Positions 25,942 through 39,445 of a stretch of DNA of 64,000 bases are shown in pieces. How positions within the stretch are numbered: the first letter of the stretch is position 1; each line of letters opens with the position of its first letter. Position numbers and translations under genes: made by a program. The DNA lies in assembly GCF_006345805.1 (NCBI RefSeq), contig NC_042997.1:47306001-47370000 (forward strand). Direction: 5' to 3'. Source of the DNA: Octopus sinensis. Taxonomy: Eukaryota. The notes under the pieces were generated by a model, which did no database searches, was not told where the DNA came from, and was given only the letters and a program-made list of their open reading frames with translations.

Positions 25942-26603
25942 TAATATATATACATTCAGCTTGAAACGCAACGTGTGTGACACAGCAATTATTTAATTAA
26001 TTCCATAATATATAACTGCCGTTAACAATTAGTTTCATTTGGACTGGAACTAGAAATGATGGTTTCTAATATAGGCAACATAGCATTGTCTAAGATTTAT
26101 GAAATAATTAATTCTGTCTGCGTTGTCTCTAGTAAACTTTATCGAAATTTATTTCTTTATAGCACAATAGCTTTGAAAATTTTAACTACTCGAAAACCAA
26201 CATAATATTTTTAAAAAAGCAACACTCATTATATTCTCTTATAGAATTTCGTTAAATAGAAAATTTAAATAATTCACTCGTTACGTTAGTTAAATGCTTA
26301 TTTTTAAGAATAATCAACGCATTAAAAATCTTCACATGCATCCATTTAGTTCGATAATTGTTTGTGTCGTGTAACTCGACTCTGTAAGATCGTGTATGTA
26401 ATTGCGTACGTACAATTATTCGATTGTGAAAGTTGTATGGGGATATAGATTTCTTAAAGAGTTATTTACATACAGTTAAAACGGCGGTTAAACCCATTTA
26501 CGACAAAGGGGCTTCCGATAATCTTACAGGAAGTTCTCACTTCGAAGGTATATAATACAAATAGTACAGAATATGTATATCTATGTATATGTATATATAT
26601 ATA

Positions 26604-27590
26604 TATATAGGTAAACAGTAAAAATAATTACAGACATGGACAAGAACATGAAACACCACAGAGACGACACAAGAACCACAGGACGGGACATTCGAAGCCC
26701 TCAAGTCATCAGTCAAGAACCAGATCATCTTAGCAATTTCGGCTGATTAATCTTGAGATTGCTCCGATATGGCCAGCCAGCCAAGGGAAATCTAAGCCAA
26801 GCGCATTAGATCCCCTGGAAGAAAGCTTCGAATGTATACAACGCGAGGACGGAAAACGAACGAAGTACATAAACAAAAATACAGAATACGTGACACCAAT
26901 AAGAATACAAAAACGTAAAAATAAAAATAAAAAATAAACAACAAAACAAAACCAGGACGTGGGACAAGGGTCTTTCGACAGGACGAGTTAAGTATGGGGC
27001 TGGCTTGTGAAGTTGTGCCTAATGGCCACGGGGAGACGAACAAATACGTGTTGCTTCTGCGGCTGCTGAAAACGAAAAGAGCGCTCAACGGCGGCTAGCT
27101 GTCACGTGAGAACAGAAGACAGGAGAAAGGGACAGATGAAAAGAGAGAGAAGGTGGACGAGGGAGGAGAAGAAAGAGACAGATCGAGGGGGCTGGAGGTG
27201 AGAGAGATAGAGAAACGTAGAAGGGGGGGGGGAGACGGATGGAGAGGGAAAGAAAGGAAGGGGAATAAGGGAGGAGAGAGAGAGAGAAAAAGAGACAGAT
27301 TAAGAGTCGTATCAATGCTAGAGAAAAAATATACTTATCGTATAAGGTCAATTGTGGATACGTAGCCGCCGATTATATAGGTAAACAGTAAAAATAATTA
27401 CAGACATGGACAAGAACATGAAACACCACAGAGACGACACAAGAACCACAGGACGGGACATTCGAAGCCCTCAAGTCATCAGTCAAGAACCAGATCATCT
27501 TAGCAATTTCGGCTGATTAATCTTGAGATTGCTCCGATATGGCCAGCCAGCCAAGGGAAATCTAAGCCAAGCGCATTAGATCCCCTGGAA
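26604..27590 (-). mobile_element. Family E element with two identical ~217 bp direct terminal repeats (LTR-like or pseudo-LTR)
   Basis: 26604-26820 and 27374-27590 read identical. The internal ~550 bp is non-coding with a GA-rich tract. (TA)n on both flanks. Confidence 0.8.
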
Positions 27591-27604
27591 TATATATATA
27601 TATA

Positions 27605-27850
27605 TTTATTCTGTTACTTATTTGATTCATTTTGACCACTGCCATGCTGGAGCACTGCCTTTAGTCAAACAAATCGATCTCTGGACTTATTCTTTGTAAG
27701 CCTAGTACTCATTTCATAGGTTTCTTTCGCCGAATCGCTAAGTTATGGGGATGTAAACACACCAGCATCGGTTGTCAAGCGATAGTGGCGGGACAAACGC
27801 AAACAAATACATACATAGTATATACATATATACATACATACATACACACT

Positions 27851-27911
<61 letters not shown>

Positions 27912-28200
27912 TATATATATACATATACGTTATATATTTATATATTGTTATATATATATATTTATTGGCTAAACTGGCAAAATGGCCATTCCGAAATATA
28001 ACAATATATATTTATATATATGTATATACATATACACGACAGGCTTCTTTCAGTTTCCCCTCTACCAAATCCACTCACAAGAGTTTGGTCGGCCCGAGGC
28101 TATAATAGAATACACCTTGAAAGGTGCCACGCAGTGGGACTGAATCTGGAACCATGTGGCTGGTAAGCAAGCTTTTTACCATACAGCCACTCCTGCGCCC
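27605..28200 (-). mobile_element. SINE family C, interrupted by microsatellites
   Basis: Head GGGCGCAGGAGTGGCTGTATGGTAAAAAGCTTG..GGTTCCAGATTCAGTCCCACTGCGTGGCACC on the minus strand. Confidence 0.8.
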
Positions 28201-28667
28201 ATATATATAAGGGACGTGAAGATGATTTAGTAGTTCAGTATGCTAAAAACTGGGCCAAAACGCCGCAGAAACCGTATGAAATGTTCCAGATTAGTTAGAG
28301 ATCAACTTGTATGAGCCGAACACCTATTTTTCACTGGCAAAATAGTCCAGGCAAGCAAGTCCATATAGGCGCTCCTGAAAAGAGCAGAGCACCTGCAAAA
28401 GGGCCTAGAACCGGCACCAGACCACAATTCCCCCCTTGTAACTGGTCCCTCACCCACCTTACTGTCCATACCTTGGTCACCGTGATTTTTGCTTACTACT
28501 AAAACTGAAGGAGATGAAGGAAGAGTTCACTGGGTTTCTGGACACCTTCCCTTTGGAGGAGTTTCATAGTTGGAGCTCTACAAATACATTGAAGTCAGGG
28601 GATCCAATTTTGAAGAAATTAGAGAATTGTCTTTGAAAACTTCTGGAAAGCACCTATCGTGTACACA

Positions 28668-28719
<52 letters not shown>

Positions 28720-28721
28720 TT

Positions 28722-28759
<38 letters not shown>

Positions 28760-29012
28760 AACATAGATAGAAAGGTAGATACATATGAATACATGTATAT
28801 TTGTATGTTCGTGTGTGTGAACATATGTGTATATATATTACGGTGTGTATGAGTGTGTGAGGCCTGTGACTTTTTCTGCATATCTTCATTAAAAATGTTC
28901 GTTTCAGTATCATATTCGTACCGACTGAACTAGTATACTAAACAGAAATGAGGATGTCATATGGAAAATTCAATACTTATACAAGTAAGACGTATATAAA
29001 TACTCATTCACA

Positions 29013-29096
<84 letters not shown>

Positions 29097-29218
29097 CCTA
29101 CATTTACTTACATAATTGTTACTATTTAAGAGCTTAATTTATCGCTACTCTGGGCTTAGCAGAGACGATTTAGGGACAAGTGAAATACATTTCTTTCTAC
29201 ATCTCAAAGTGAAAAGTT

Positions 29219-29406
29219 TCAGCTTGAAAGAAACTGATTTTGCTTGAATTTAAAAACGCTTGCTACTAGTAGATGATGATATATATGCATAGATACAACG
29301 CATCTTTCTCGCCAGTACTCGTCACTATAATCATGTAAGTAGAGGAAACTTTGCATAATTTTTCTTCTTCGTTTTTCTTTTTTGCAAATATGAAAGATTA
29401 GCAAAT
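29219..29406 (-). CDS. Candidate downstream or terminal exon of the CUB-domain gene
   Basis: Acceptor TTTTTTAATTACTAG, phase 1 matching the exon ending at 30300. Reads (D)LLIFHICKKEKRRRKIMQSFLYLHDYSDEYWRER..*. No homology evidence. Confidence 0.3.
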
Positions 29407-29611
29407 CTAGTAATTAAAAAAGTATGATGTTAGTATCTACTGCGGCGTAAAAGATAACTAATTTAAAAATCTAGATTTATAAATAACTTTCAAATATTAA
29501 TAAAAATTGATGTTATTCTCGATTTATTCTGTAATATTAATATTTTAAAGTAGGTGTTGAGCAGAAAAAAAGTCATGGCGAGTCTAGACTTATAACATTA
29601 TAATACTTCGT

Positions 29612-30098
29612 TAAAAGGTGGCGAGCTGGCAGAATCGTTAGCACGTCGGGCGAAATGCTTAGCGGTATTTCACCCTTCGTTACGTTTTGAGTTCAAATTC
29701 TGACCTGGTCGACTTTGCCTTTCATCCTTTCGGGGTCGATAAATTAAGTATCAGTTGAGTACTGAGGTCGATATAATCGACTATCTCCTTTCCCCAAATT
29801 TCAGGACTTGTGCCTATAGTGGAAAGGATTATAAATTAAATAAATGCGCCCTTTTAAAGCCTAGCCAGGCTCATGGGCCCGGTCTCCTGGTTTCAAAGCG
29901 TATGTGTTCCCCAGCTAGACTGGACGCCAGTCCATCGCAGCGTTACTCATTTTTGTCAGCTGGGTGGACTAGAGGAACGTGAAATGAAGTGTTTTGCTCA
30001 AGAACACAACGCGTCACCCGGTCCAGGAATCGAAACCACAATCTTACGATCATGATGCTGACACCCTAACCACTAAGCCACGCACCTCCACAGAAAGA
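29612..30098 (+). mobile_element. SINE family B with a second tRNA-headed SINE (29833-30090, minus strand) at its tail
   Basis: 15 bp target-site duplication ATTATAATACTTCGT at 29597-29611 and 30099-30113. Confidence 0.85.
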
Positions 30099-30299
30099 AT
30101 TATAATACTTCGTAAATGTATTAACACTTGCCAAAAATTGCTTTGTGTAACTGTTCAGTAAGACGATTATTTTACAATAGACATTATGAAGGGAATTTCT
30201 CCTTTATGTTTAGATTTTAAAGTCGGACGTTAAATCTCTATCCTGTTTGGTTATCTAAATGCTGAAAGGAGAAGAAATTAAGAATCAGACGTCACTTAC

Positions 30300-30977
30300 C
30301 ATTTATATCCATTACGTGTCTAGTCGTCTGAATGACTTGACTGACGAATTTTTCACTTTCAGCATATAGTGGAAATTTAGTTGGTTCGCCGTAAGCTGCA
30401 GTCAAAGATTTTTCCGAAGAAACTGGGGGTGTAGTAGCAGCTGATGTCGTCGATATTGATTTGGAGCGACTCATATTTTGTTGAGATGTCAAAAGTGTAT
30501 CAGGTAATCCCGAGGGAACAAACGTTGTAGTGTAGGGTACGTTATTCGAAGATACTGGTGGATTTTCGGTGATTTTCTCCTTTTGAAATGGTGATGCAGT
30601 TGTTCGGATGGTGGGGAAAATAAAACGATAGGTGGCATGGAAACCGCTTAACTCCACCCGTTCGTCTGATTTAAAAACAATTAACAGAACATTTGAAGTA
30701 GAAGCATAAGTTGCCGGTACTCTAGATCCGCACAGCGTGGCAATTCTTTCCGAATCGGTAGTTTCTCCGTCATAAACGTGTATGCTGTCCAGTCGGTTAT
30801 TGCACAATCCGAGACCATGATTCTCAAGCTCAATTTTCGTAAAACGTAAAGTAATATAAGCATGAATGGGGCCTTTGATGATCCACCTACAGTCAGTGTT
30901 AGCTGGGTAATTGTTTGGCCAGTTTGGAGTGGCGAATTCTCCGTTATTTTTCGTTAAGATTGCGTTGCAAGGCCACT
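30300..30977 (-). CDS. Exon of a CUB-domain protein: complete CUB domain plus Ser/Thr/Pro-rich stalk
   Basis: Acceptor TTTCCTTTCATTTCAG, donor G|GTAAGT, 678 nt open, phase 1-1. EWPCNAILTKNNGEFATPNWPNNYPANTDCRWII..DSIHVYDG..LCGS..SNVLLIVFKSD..SGFHATY is a canonical CUB domain. Confidence 0.92.
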
Positions 30978-31871
30978 CTGAAATGAAAGGAAAAAAAAAA
31001 CATCATGACCAGAATATTCAATATAATTTTAAATAATCTATGTTTTTCAACATTATTTACATATCTGTTAATAAAATTCTGCCATATACATAGCCAAGTC
31101 AGATATAACTATTATTTAAGACATAAATAAATAAAAATTAAGAAAGAAAGAAAGAAAGAAATAAAGAAGGAAAGAAATATAAAATTACGTGCTAATATAG
31201 GTTCTTATAGTTTATACATAAACACATGTATTCATACATAATACATACGCTGTGTTTGTACACACAAGCATATGTGTGCATTTGAGCGTAAGTATGCATA
31301 ACTTTTGCATTGCACACAATTAATCATGCAGGTATGCATTTCTATAGGTATTTCGTTGTGGTAACATCGCACACCATGCTATGATACCACTAGAGAGTTT
31401 ATCTATATGTAGTAATTCAAGAAAGGAGACACAGAGCCTACATTTTTGTTGCCTTATCTCAGAAATTTTTTTTCCACAATCTGTATTCCCAATACCCAAT
31501 GGCTAACGAAACATTATAAAATTACACTCCGTCTCTCGACTAACCGGGTATGAGAATAATACAAGATTAAAAACATGGAAAAATCGATACTATTATGCAA
31601 GGAACATAGAAACAGTTAAGCAATCCTAACTCGGTTATACAAAATTATACTAAAAGATATATTAAACAAATCAACCGATAAATCGCAAGCCAACGAGGAG
31701 ACCTGTATATGGTCACTCGACCTGGTAGAAACAACAATCAAATCTTTCACAACCATTCATACGAATATGTCTCATATTCGCATGAGGCGATTTTGATTTG
31801 GATATAGAAAGAATGGGAAAATAACGGATGGAACATGTTTGGTCAGATGCTTATACGAGTGTTTTTTAGTG

Positions 31872-31872
<1 letters not shown>

Positions 31873-31970
<98 letters not shown>
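31873..31970. repeat. (GATA)n microsatellite, tail of the adjacent retroelement end
   Basis: About 24 perfect GATA units. Confidence 0.95.
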
Positions 31971-32140
31971 TGATTTCTTTATTGGCCACGCAGGGCTAGA
32001 CACAGAAGGGACAAAATACAAAGTAAAGCTTTTCTTTTTGGGAACAAGGAAAGAGAAAAAAAGGGAGGGGCGAATTCCGATCAAAAGGGATCGTGAAAAA
32101 GTGGGGTGGGAGATTCCGATCAAAAGGGATCGGGAAAATA
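31971..32140 (-). mobile_element. Retroelement 3' end sharing its tail with SINE B type 2
   Basis: Minus strand ends TTGTCCCTTCTGTGTCTAGCCCTGCGTGGCCAATAAAGAAATC(TATC)n. Internal ~36 bp duplication (ATTCCGATCAAAAGGGATCG). Confidence 0.55.
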
Positions 32141-32231
32141 AAACGATAGATAGATAGATACACATATACATGCATATATTATTTGCCTTATTTACATTTG
32201 ACGGATATTTGTCCTCATCTTGTTTGTTGCT

Positions 32232-32277
32232 AATACAACGTTTTGGCTGTTATACCCTCCAGCCTTCATCAGGTGTC
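32232..32277 (-). ncRNA. Inactivated minimal hammerhead ribozyme in a PLE pseudo-LTR-like fragment (~32165-32327)
   Basis: GACAC-CUGAUGA-AGGCUG(GAGGGUAUAA)CAGCC-AAAA-CG-U-U-GUAUU. G12 is mutated to A; ACGU palindrome at stem III. Confidence 0.65.
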
Positions 32278-32327
32278 TTGGAGAAATTTCGGACCTGGGT
32301 TCTTATTCCTAAGGTATATTTCGATGT

Positions 32328-32421
32328 TCTTCTTCTTCTTCTTCTTCTTCTTCTTCTTCTTCTTCTTCTTCTTCTTCTTCTTCTTCTTCTTCTTCTCCTC
32401 CTCCTCCTTCTTCTTCTTCTT

Positions 32422-32512
<91 letters not shown>

Positions 32513-32543
32513 TATTATTACTATTATTATTATTATTATTATT
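32328..32543. repeat. Compound (TTC)n-(TTA)n microsatellite
   Basis: Direct reading. Confidence 0.95.
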
Positions 32544-32611
32544 CAGGTCATTGCCTGGAATCGAACTCTTAAATATAGAATTGTAATACATGCATATATA
32601 TGTACATTTAA

Positions 32612-32642
<31 letters not shown>

Positions 32643-34049
32643 GTGATAGCAAAATAAGTCCGACGTCACCACACACACCTCTATCTACGTATAACTACCA
32701 TTCATTCCTATGTTTCCATCACCTTCCTCCCCTCCCTACCAAATACACTCAGAAATACGCACATAACCAAACACCAACCTTTCGCACTGGTCAAAAGGGT
32801 AAGCATCCCTCTATCAAACTTCCACTAATGTTATATCGCCCGAAGAAATGAATCCATGAAGATGATCAGTCCCATGCCCCGATACTACGGACTGCACTGT
32901 AATCAGGAATACGGAATGTGATATTAAGAGACACCTGATTCGTGGAAACACCGGTAGCGATGCGTTAAATGCTTATAATTTCTATCCAAGGATTTTTGTT
33001 ATGTATGTATGTATGTACATGCATATGTATATGCTTGTATAGATATATGTATACGCAGGGATTCGAAGAATCAAAAACAGTAATCCCTCGCCAAATCGCG
33101 GTTCACCTATCGTGCACTGAGTACATCGCGAATTTTTCTGACTAATATATGTAAATTTATGACGCGGTCTCCTCAGTATATCCGGGTTTCTGCGGCCGAT
33201 AGGTATTTATGTTTTTTACGTTTTAATCATTTCTTTGGGGGGTTTCGGAATGTAACACCCGCGATAGTCGATGGATTACTGTAGTGTTCCATGAAATCTC
33301 TTCAGGTGGTATGCAGCAAACTAGCGTTGCTGTGGTCGTACTAGATCGACGCCCTGAAAGTTTTAGTCGAACAAATTGAATATAGTACTTAGTGTACTAT
33401 ATTGTACTTATTGTATCTTTCCTTTTTGCTTGCCGGTAAGTGCTGACACTATTTGTCAAGCAGAATTGAGCTGGGCTTACATCTTTTCCGTAAACAAATT
33501 ACTCACAGTGTATTGGTCGGATCGAGTAGCCTATTGCAGAAGATATTTTGCGAAGACGCCCCGCTGTCAAACCAAAACTGAAACCATGTTATTGCGAAGC
33601 AAAGTTGTTAATTACACATCTATGCCTGTGCATATAAGAAAGAAATACTCAAATATATGTTATGAAACAGATACGAGCATCTCTCTAACTGGAGTTTTAA
33701 GGAAACTGCGAGGACCTGCAAAGCCATCGGCATGTCGTCTTCTTCCAGAGCAGAACCGTATAAAAGGCAATCTAGAATGTTAAATGTTTATTTCTGCAGG
33801 CAAAACTTTACCGTTTCATTGATAAAGGAAACGCATTTGATACTCATATTTTTTCGCAGTATCGTATGTAAAGCTAAATTACCTCCACTAAGAATCAATT
33901 GTGTCGTCATGTGCTGTGAATGCATAGCACATGGCCGATCAGCAACACAACGATCAGGGAAGTAACAGCCAGTAACCAGGGATCTCCACAGTGACATACA
34001 ATATGTGAAAGAAGAATAAACCAAAGGGGACTAAATGAAGGGCACACGT

Positions 34050-34900
34050 ACATAGAAACAAACAAAGTTATAAACATATCAGTAAGTATGTGAAAAGAAA
34101 TTTCAGGATAGATAGGGAGATATGGTTCTAGGAAAATATCTAGGAAGCAGAAGTAGCAGTGAGAAATGACACCGAATATCTGTACAGACTTATAAACGGC
34201 CTGACAAGAACAAGAACGGTTTCTTGCATTTCAATTATGAATAAGGATGGCTATACGCTGGTAACGAATAAAGAGCAATCAACCAAGTGAGTGGAACATT
34301 TCTAAGAAATGTGGAACATTGTAGACCCTGTCGACTTCCTTCATATCACCAGTACCGTGTCAGGGCTTGGGCACACTCAGCAGTTTCCCAGACTCATCAG
34401 GAGCATAGGGATCCAATTCAGGTCTATTTATACTGTGGTTTGCTGTCATTAAATACAGTGTATTAGTCCCAGTGCACTCGTTCGCCCAGTAGCTTATGAT
34501 ACTGCAAAGGTGGCTTTGAATTTCACCCAGTTTCTGGAGGGTGACGTACAGATAACAGATAAGGACACTCGTACCAGAAAAGTCACCGTTTTTATTCAGG
34601 GCTTCGAAAACAAGAAGACAACAAGGCTTAAAAATATAAAGGTAGAGTTGCTAAAACCATACTCAGATTAGTGAAAAGGAATGCCTCTTTCTCGCTCTGG
34701 CACCAAAGTGAGTCTAGAATCAATTGGAATATTTCATTAAATATAGAATACTGTTAAGAACAGAATCTTGAAATAGTAGCACAGAATGATGTCAGCAAGA
34801 CATATCATGGAATGAGTATGTAGATATCGGTTGCATTCCACTAGGGAACATTGAGAAAGTGAATCGAAATGAGATATTTTTTTAAGATCAAGAAGGTAAA
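34050..34900 (+). pseudogene. Possible highly decayed RTE-like LINE ORF2 remnant
   Basis: Fragmentary peptide KDGYTLVTNKEQ..VEHF and a QGF..-like motif. Many stops. Confidence 0.3.
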
Positions 34901-35010
34901 GTAAATAAATGCTTTTAGTGGAACATCAAAAATAAAAATAATAAAAAAGAAATAATTATGTATGCGTTTGTGTGCTTTAGTGTAAACGTGTAAATACATA
35001 TACATACATG

Positions 35011-35047
<37 letters not shown>

Positions 35048-35106
35048 ATTATATATATATATATATACATATATAATATATATATATATATAATATATAT
35101 ATATAT

Positions 35107-35157
<51 letters not shown>

Positions 35158-35876
35158 TGCATACAGACATATATACACATATGTATGCCTTCGTAAATAT
35201 ATGCATATTTGTTTATACATACATACATGCATACATGCATACATACATACATGTATGCATGCTTACGTGCATATGCTTGTCTATGAATGTATTTATACAT
35301 AAAGCTTTCGGCAAAATGTATTGAGTTATGCTTTGTTAGTTCCGATCTAAATAGCATATCTTGCTATTCCAGATACTATCTTCTGCCGTTTTGTTTATTC
35401 CAATTACGAAAATAGCTTAAACTAGATGCTTACAAATTAATAATGTAAACAAATTTGGACGTAAACAATGGTGCGTTGCATATCATATTATATACTCGCC
35501 AGCCAAAATTACGTATCAGATTGCAGGACAAAAAAAACAATAATTTTCTTTTTAACCCTGCTGTTTTTTTGGGGTTTTTTTTGTTTCTTTATTGTATATC
35601 CTTATTATTTTATGGTGAGGTTATGTCAATTGTTATGACCCGATAGATAAAATTATACGATTGTAGGAAAATTATATAATTATATATTTTTAAAGCAAAA
35701 GCTATATCGTATTCGAAAATGCTGACACTAGATTCATATGTATATTTAGGTTTCCGAGTTAAGATTATTTAAACCATGTTTTGCAGACACTTCCTTCATA
35801 AAACGGTTAGCCATTAGTTGTTTTCCTTTTTTTTTTATTGTCATAGATTTATTAGAAATCTATCTGTTGAACATTC

Positions 35877-35926
<50 letters not shown>

Positions 35927-36639
35927 TTTGGTTGTTTGTCTCCGTCTTATCAGTAATAAACGACGTCATAACAGAATAATCGCAACCAGAATTTTAAAAT
36001 AATCTACATTTGAAACCAAAATATTTTGAGAAAAAACTTTATGAGACGAATCATTCGTGAATAATGGATTTACTGGAGTAGAATATAATCTATAGACTTT
36101 TACACTCTTTCATTTATTTGCAAACATTTAGATTCTGATACGCCAGCAGCTACTACACAGGACCAGTTATATTCAAATGTATGAATGTTAAACACGGCCA
36201 AATATTACAAAATAGTAGTTCCTTTTGATAGAAGAAAATGGCGCAGATTGAAAATAAATGAAACGCTATTCGAAACAACGGTATAAAATTGGAACACCTG
36301 GGTGTGTATGTAAGTGTGCGCCCGCTTATGACAATTAATTATTTAAAGCTACATACTAAATTTCATATTTTTCCCCTTCACACGGCTTGAAATTAAGGGC
36401 AGAATTGACACCAAACGTTTTAACCGACGGGCTAACATTTCTGACACTTCGCCGCCTTTATGAAATTATATATCAAAGGCATTCTTTTCCAGTCTCTGTT
36501 AATGTAAACAGAAAGATTTGAACAAATGAAATCCTAAAAGTGGTCCAGAACATATCATCAACATGCACTTATATATAACGTATGTATAATACAATTTTTC
36601 AGGTCATACAGACGTTAAAGTGTCAAGCAAAATATCCTC

Positions 36640-37050
36640 TTTTACTTGTTTCAGGCATTTGACAGCGGCCATGCTGGAGCACCGCCTTTAGTCGAGCAAA
36701 TCGACAACAAGACTAATTCTTTGTAAGCCCAGTACTTATTCTATCGGTCTCTTTTGCCGAACCGCTAAGTTACGGGGACGTAAACACACCAGCATCGGTT
36801 GTCAAGCGATGCTGGGGGGGACAAACACAGACACACAAACATATGCACACACACACACACACACATATATATATGTATATATATACACGACAGGCTTCTT
36901 TCAGTTTCCATCTGCCAAATCCACTCACAAGGCTTTGGTCGGCTCAAGGCTATAATACAAGACACTTGCTCAAGGTACCACGCAGTGGGACAGAACTCGG
37001 AACCATGTGTTTGGTAAGCAAGCTACTTACAACACAGCCACTCCTGCGCC
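36640..37050 (-). mobile_element. SINE family C, full length
   Basis: Head GGCGCAGGAGTGGCTGTGTTGTAAGTAGCTTG and tail GGCGGTGCTCCAGCATGGCCGCTGTCAAATGCCTGAAACAAGTAAA. Confidence 0.85.
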
Positions 37051-38199
37051 TGTTTTACATATTCATCTTAATTGGGCATTTAAAACTTTATAACAATTGA
37101 TTTGCAATTTGTTCCTACTTTATTTTGTTTAGTGGTCTGTATTTTGAAATGCGTAATTTCTTTTGCTCTTTTAAATCGTTTATGTATGTATGTATGTATC
37201 TATGTATCTATATATATATATGTGTATGTGTGTATGTATGTATGTATGTTTGTATGTATGTATGTATGTATGTATCACAGCATCAGTAACATTTAAGCTT
37301 GGTGCAATGGCCATACTCAATAACGAGGGGGCAGCCATAATAATGTATATATGTATATGTATTATATTGTATTATATCATTATTATGTTATATTGTATTA
37401 TATTACTTTATATTGTGTCTGGGAGAATCATTCACATTCAGGACCTTATTATTTAACACACTCACCGGTTCGATTTCCACTCATTTACTTATTGATTTTT
37501 TCTAAAATTTTCGTTGCCTCTTGCTTTAGAGTTACCAACGAAATTCGCTACATGTAAGAGGGTCAGAAAAATTGATTGTCTATCTGAGACTGAAAAAGCG
37601 TTCCTAAAAATAAGATAGAGGTTAGGACGCAAACATACGAAACTAAAACAACAACATCAATAGCATTGAACAGAAACGCATAAATGTGCAGAATACATAC
37701 ATACAAACGTACGCACACGCATACATAAATATATGCATACTCAGACACATACATGCATACACACACATACATACATAGATACATACATAATAACATACAT
37801 ACACATGTGTATACACATGCACATTGATGCACACAATTGCGCAAAAAACAAAAGGAACGCAGCTCTGATAATGGACAGAGTCAACGACTACTGAAAAGGT
37901 TGCAAGACGCAATGAAAACGAGGGGAAATCGAACCGGTGAACGTGAAGGCCATTCAGAGTAGACCTCACACATGGTTCCAGTAAGATGGGGCAACTGCTC
38001 ATACCGCAAGAGAAACAATGCAGTTGCTACGGCAGTGCTTTGGAGAGAGAATAATCTCTGAAAGAGAATGACTTTCCCCAGACAATAAAATATGCTCCAA
38101 CACACGAATTCACATAAAGAATCTTGCAAACCAAATACAAAAACGATATATATAGATGCACCTAATATATTATGTGTGTGTATGTGTGTGTGTACATGA

Positions 38200-39378
38200 A
38201 CTGTGTAAGCCTAGAAGTCTGTTCGGTTTATTTAAGCGAAAATAAGACAAGTTTTAAACACAAAGCCGTATATTCAATGAATCGTATAATCAAAGTCTTG
38301 TTCCAATATCTTCTACCATCTTGTGGGAAGAATCATTATTTCCAGCTCACAGAAGTTCCAGTCCTTAACTGGTGGAAATATCTTCCTGATGAATTGTTGC
38401 ATCCTCTTCAGAACATTTTTTGATTAGACAGACCTAAAGGTCTGTAAAATTCAATAAATTTTAAAGAAACTAACACAGAAGAAAATCTGAAGGGACAAGG
38501 TTGGACGAATATTATCAAACTTCCTAACCAACCCCCAGTATTTTCTACCGCGTCAGTAAAGGTGTGGCTTGGCGCAGTCGTGATGAATGACAGTGCCCTC
38601 ACGTTTCAAAAGTGCTGGACTCTTCTAGTGGATCACAAATTTTAATTTATCCAGCTGATCATAGTACGCATTTAAAGTGATTGCCCCTTCAAATTCCACT
38701 TAAATGAAACATAACCTACTTCGTGTCAAGTCCTGCTTTGGAGGTTGTTTGTGGAGGTTCGCTACAATTCATTCATCATCGTGTGCCCTTCACCTTGTCA
38801 TAGACGACGCGTTTTTCGTCCACTGTCACCATTCTCTTCAAAGTCGGATAATTTTTTTCCAACTTTCTACAACATATCGCAAATGGTAAACCATTTGGCA
38901 AGGTTAGCCTCACTCAATTGATGTGTGACGCAAACATCGAGCCTGCTGACGTAAGCAAGTTGATGTAGATGGCTTATAACACTTGATTTCGATATTCAAT
39001 GATTATCTGCGCTCATCGGGGTCGTATAACGTTGTGTTGGTGTCGACTAAACACTTTATTTGTTCGCTGTTAATAACAACTGGCCGACTTAAGTGAGGTG
39101 CATATTGAAATAAAGAATTTTTCGATCGAAATTTTGAGAACCACTTCTGGCACAAACATGCGGTGACGACATTGTTCGGTTTGGTTCTCCATTTTCAGGC
39201 TGATCCCATCGCACAAAATACAACCGGTTTCGTCGCATGTTTCCGTCGAACCACGTACATATGTCAAGTATCTGACGAGCGGGCATGCGCGGGGAACAAA
39301 AAGAAGTATTTATACAAGTGTTTAAGGAGCTCTCAGTGTCGACATAAACCGAACGGACTTTATGTCAGTCCCACTATA
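38200..39378 (-). pseudogene. Decayed mariner (DD34D) element with remnant TIRs
   Basis: Peptides THQLSEANLAK, RMVTVDEKRVVYD and PPQTTSKAGL. TIR remnants AAGTCTGTTCGGTTTAT (~38215) and its reverse complement (~39345-39365). Confidence 0.7.
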
Positions 39379-39389
39379 TATATATATAT

Positions 39390-39443
<54 letters not shown>

Positions 39444-39445
<2 letters not shown>

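Noticed and set aside
26690-26760. CUGAUGA and GAAA motifs in family E as a hammerhead (also 1085-1140 and 6510-6580)
   Set aside because: The order and pairing do not give stems I-III, and the downstream motif is CGAAU rather than GAAA.
30262-30299. Apparent 38 nt intron after the CUB exon, leading to AFR*
   Set aside because: Too short for a typical spliceosomal intron; no support.
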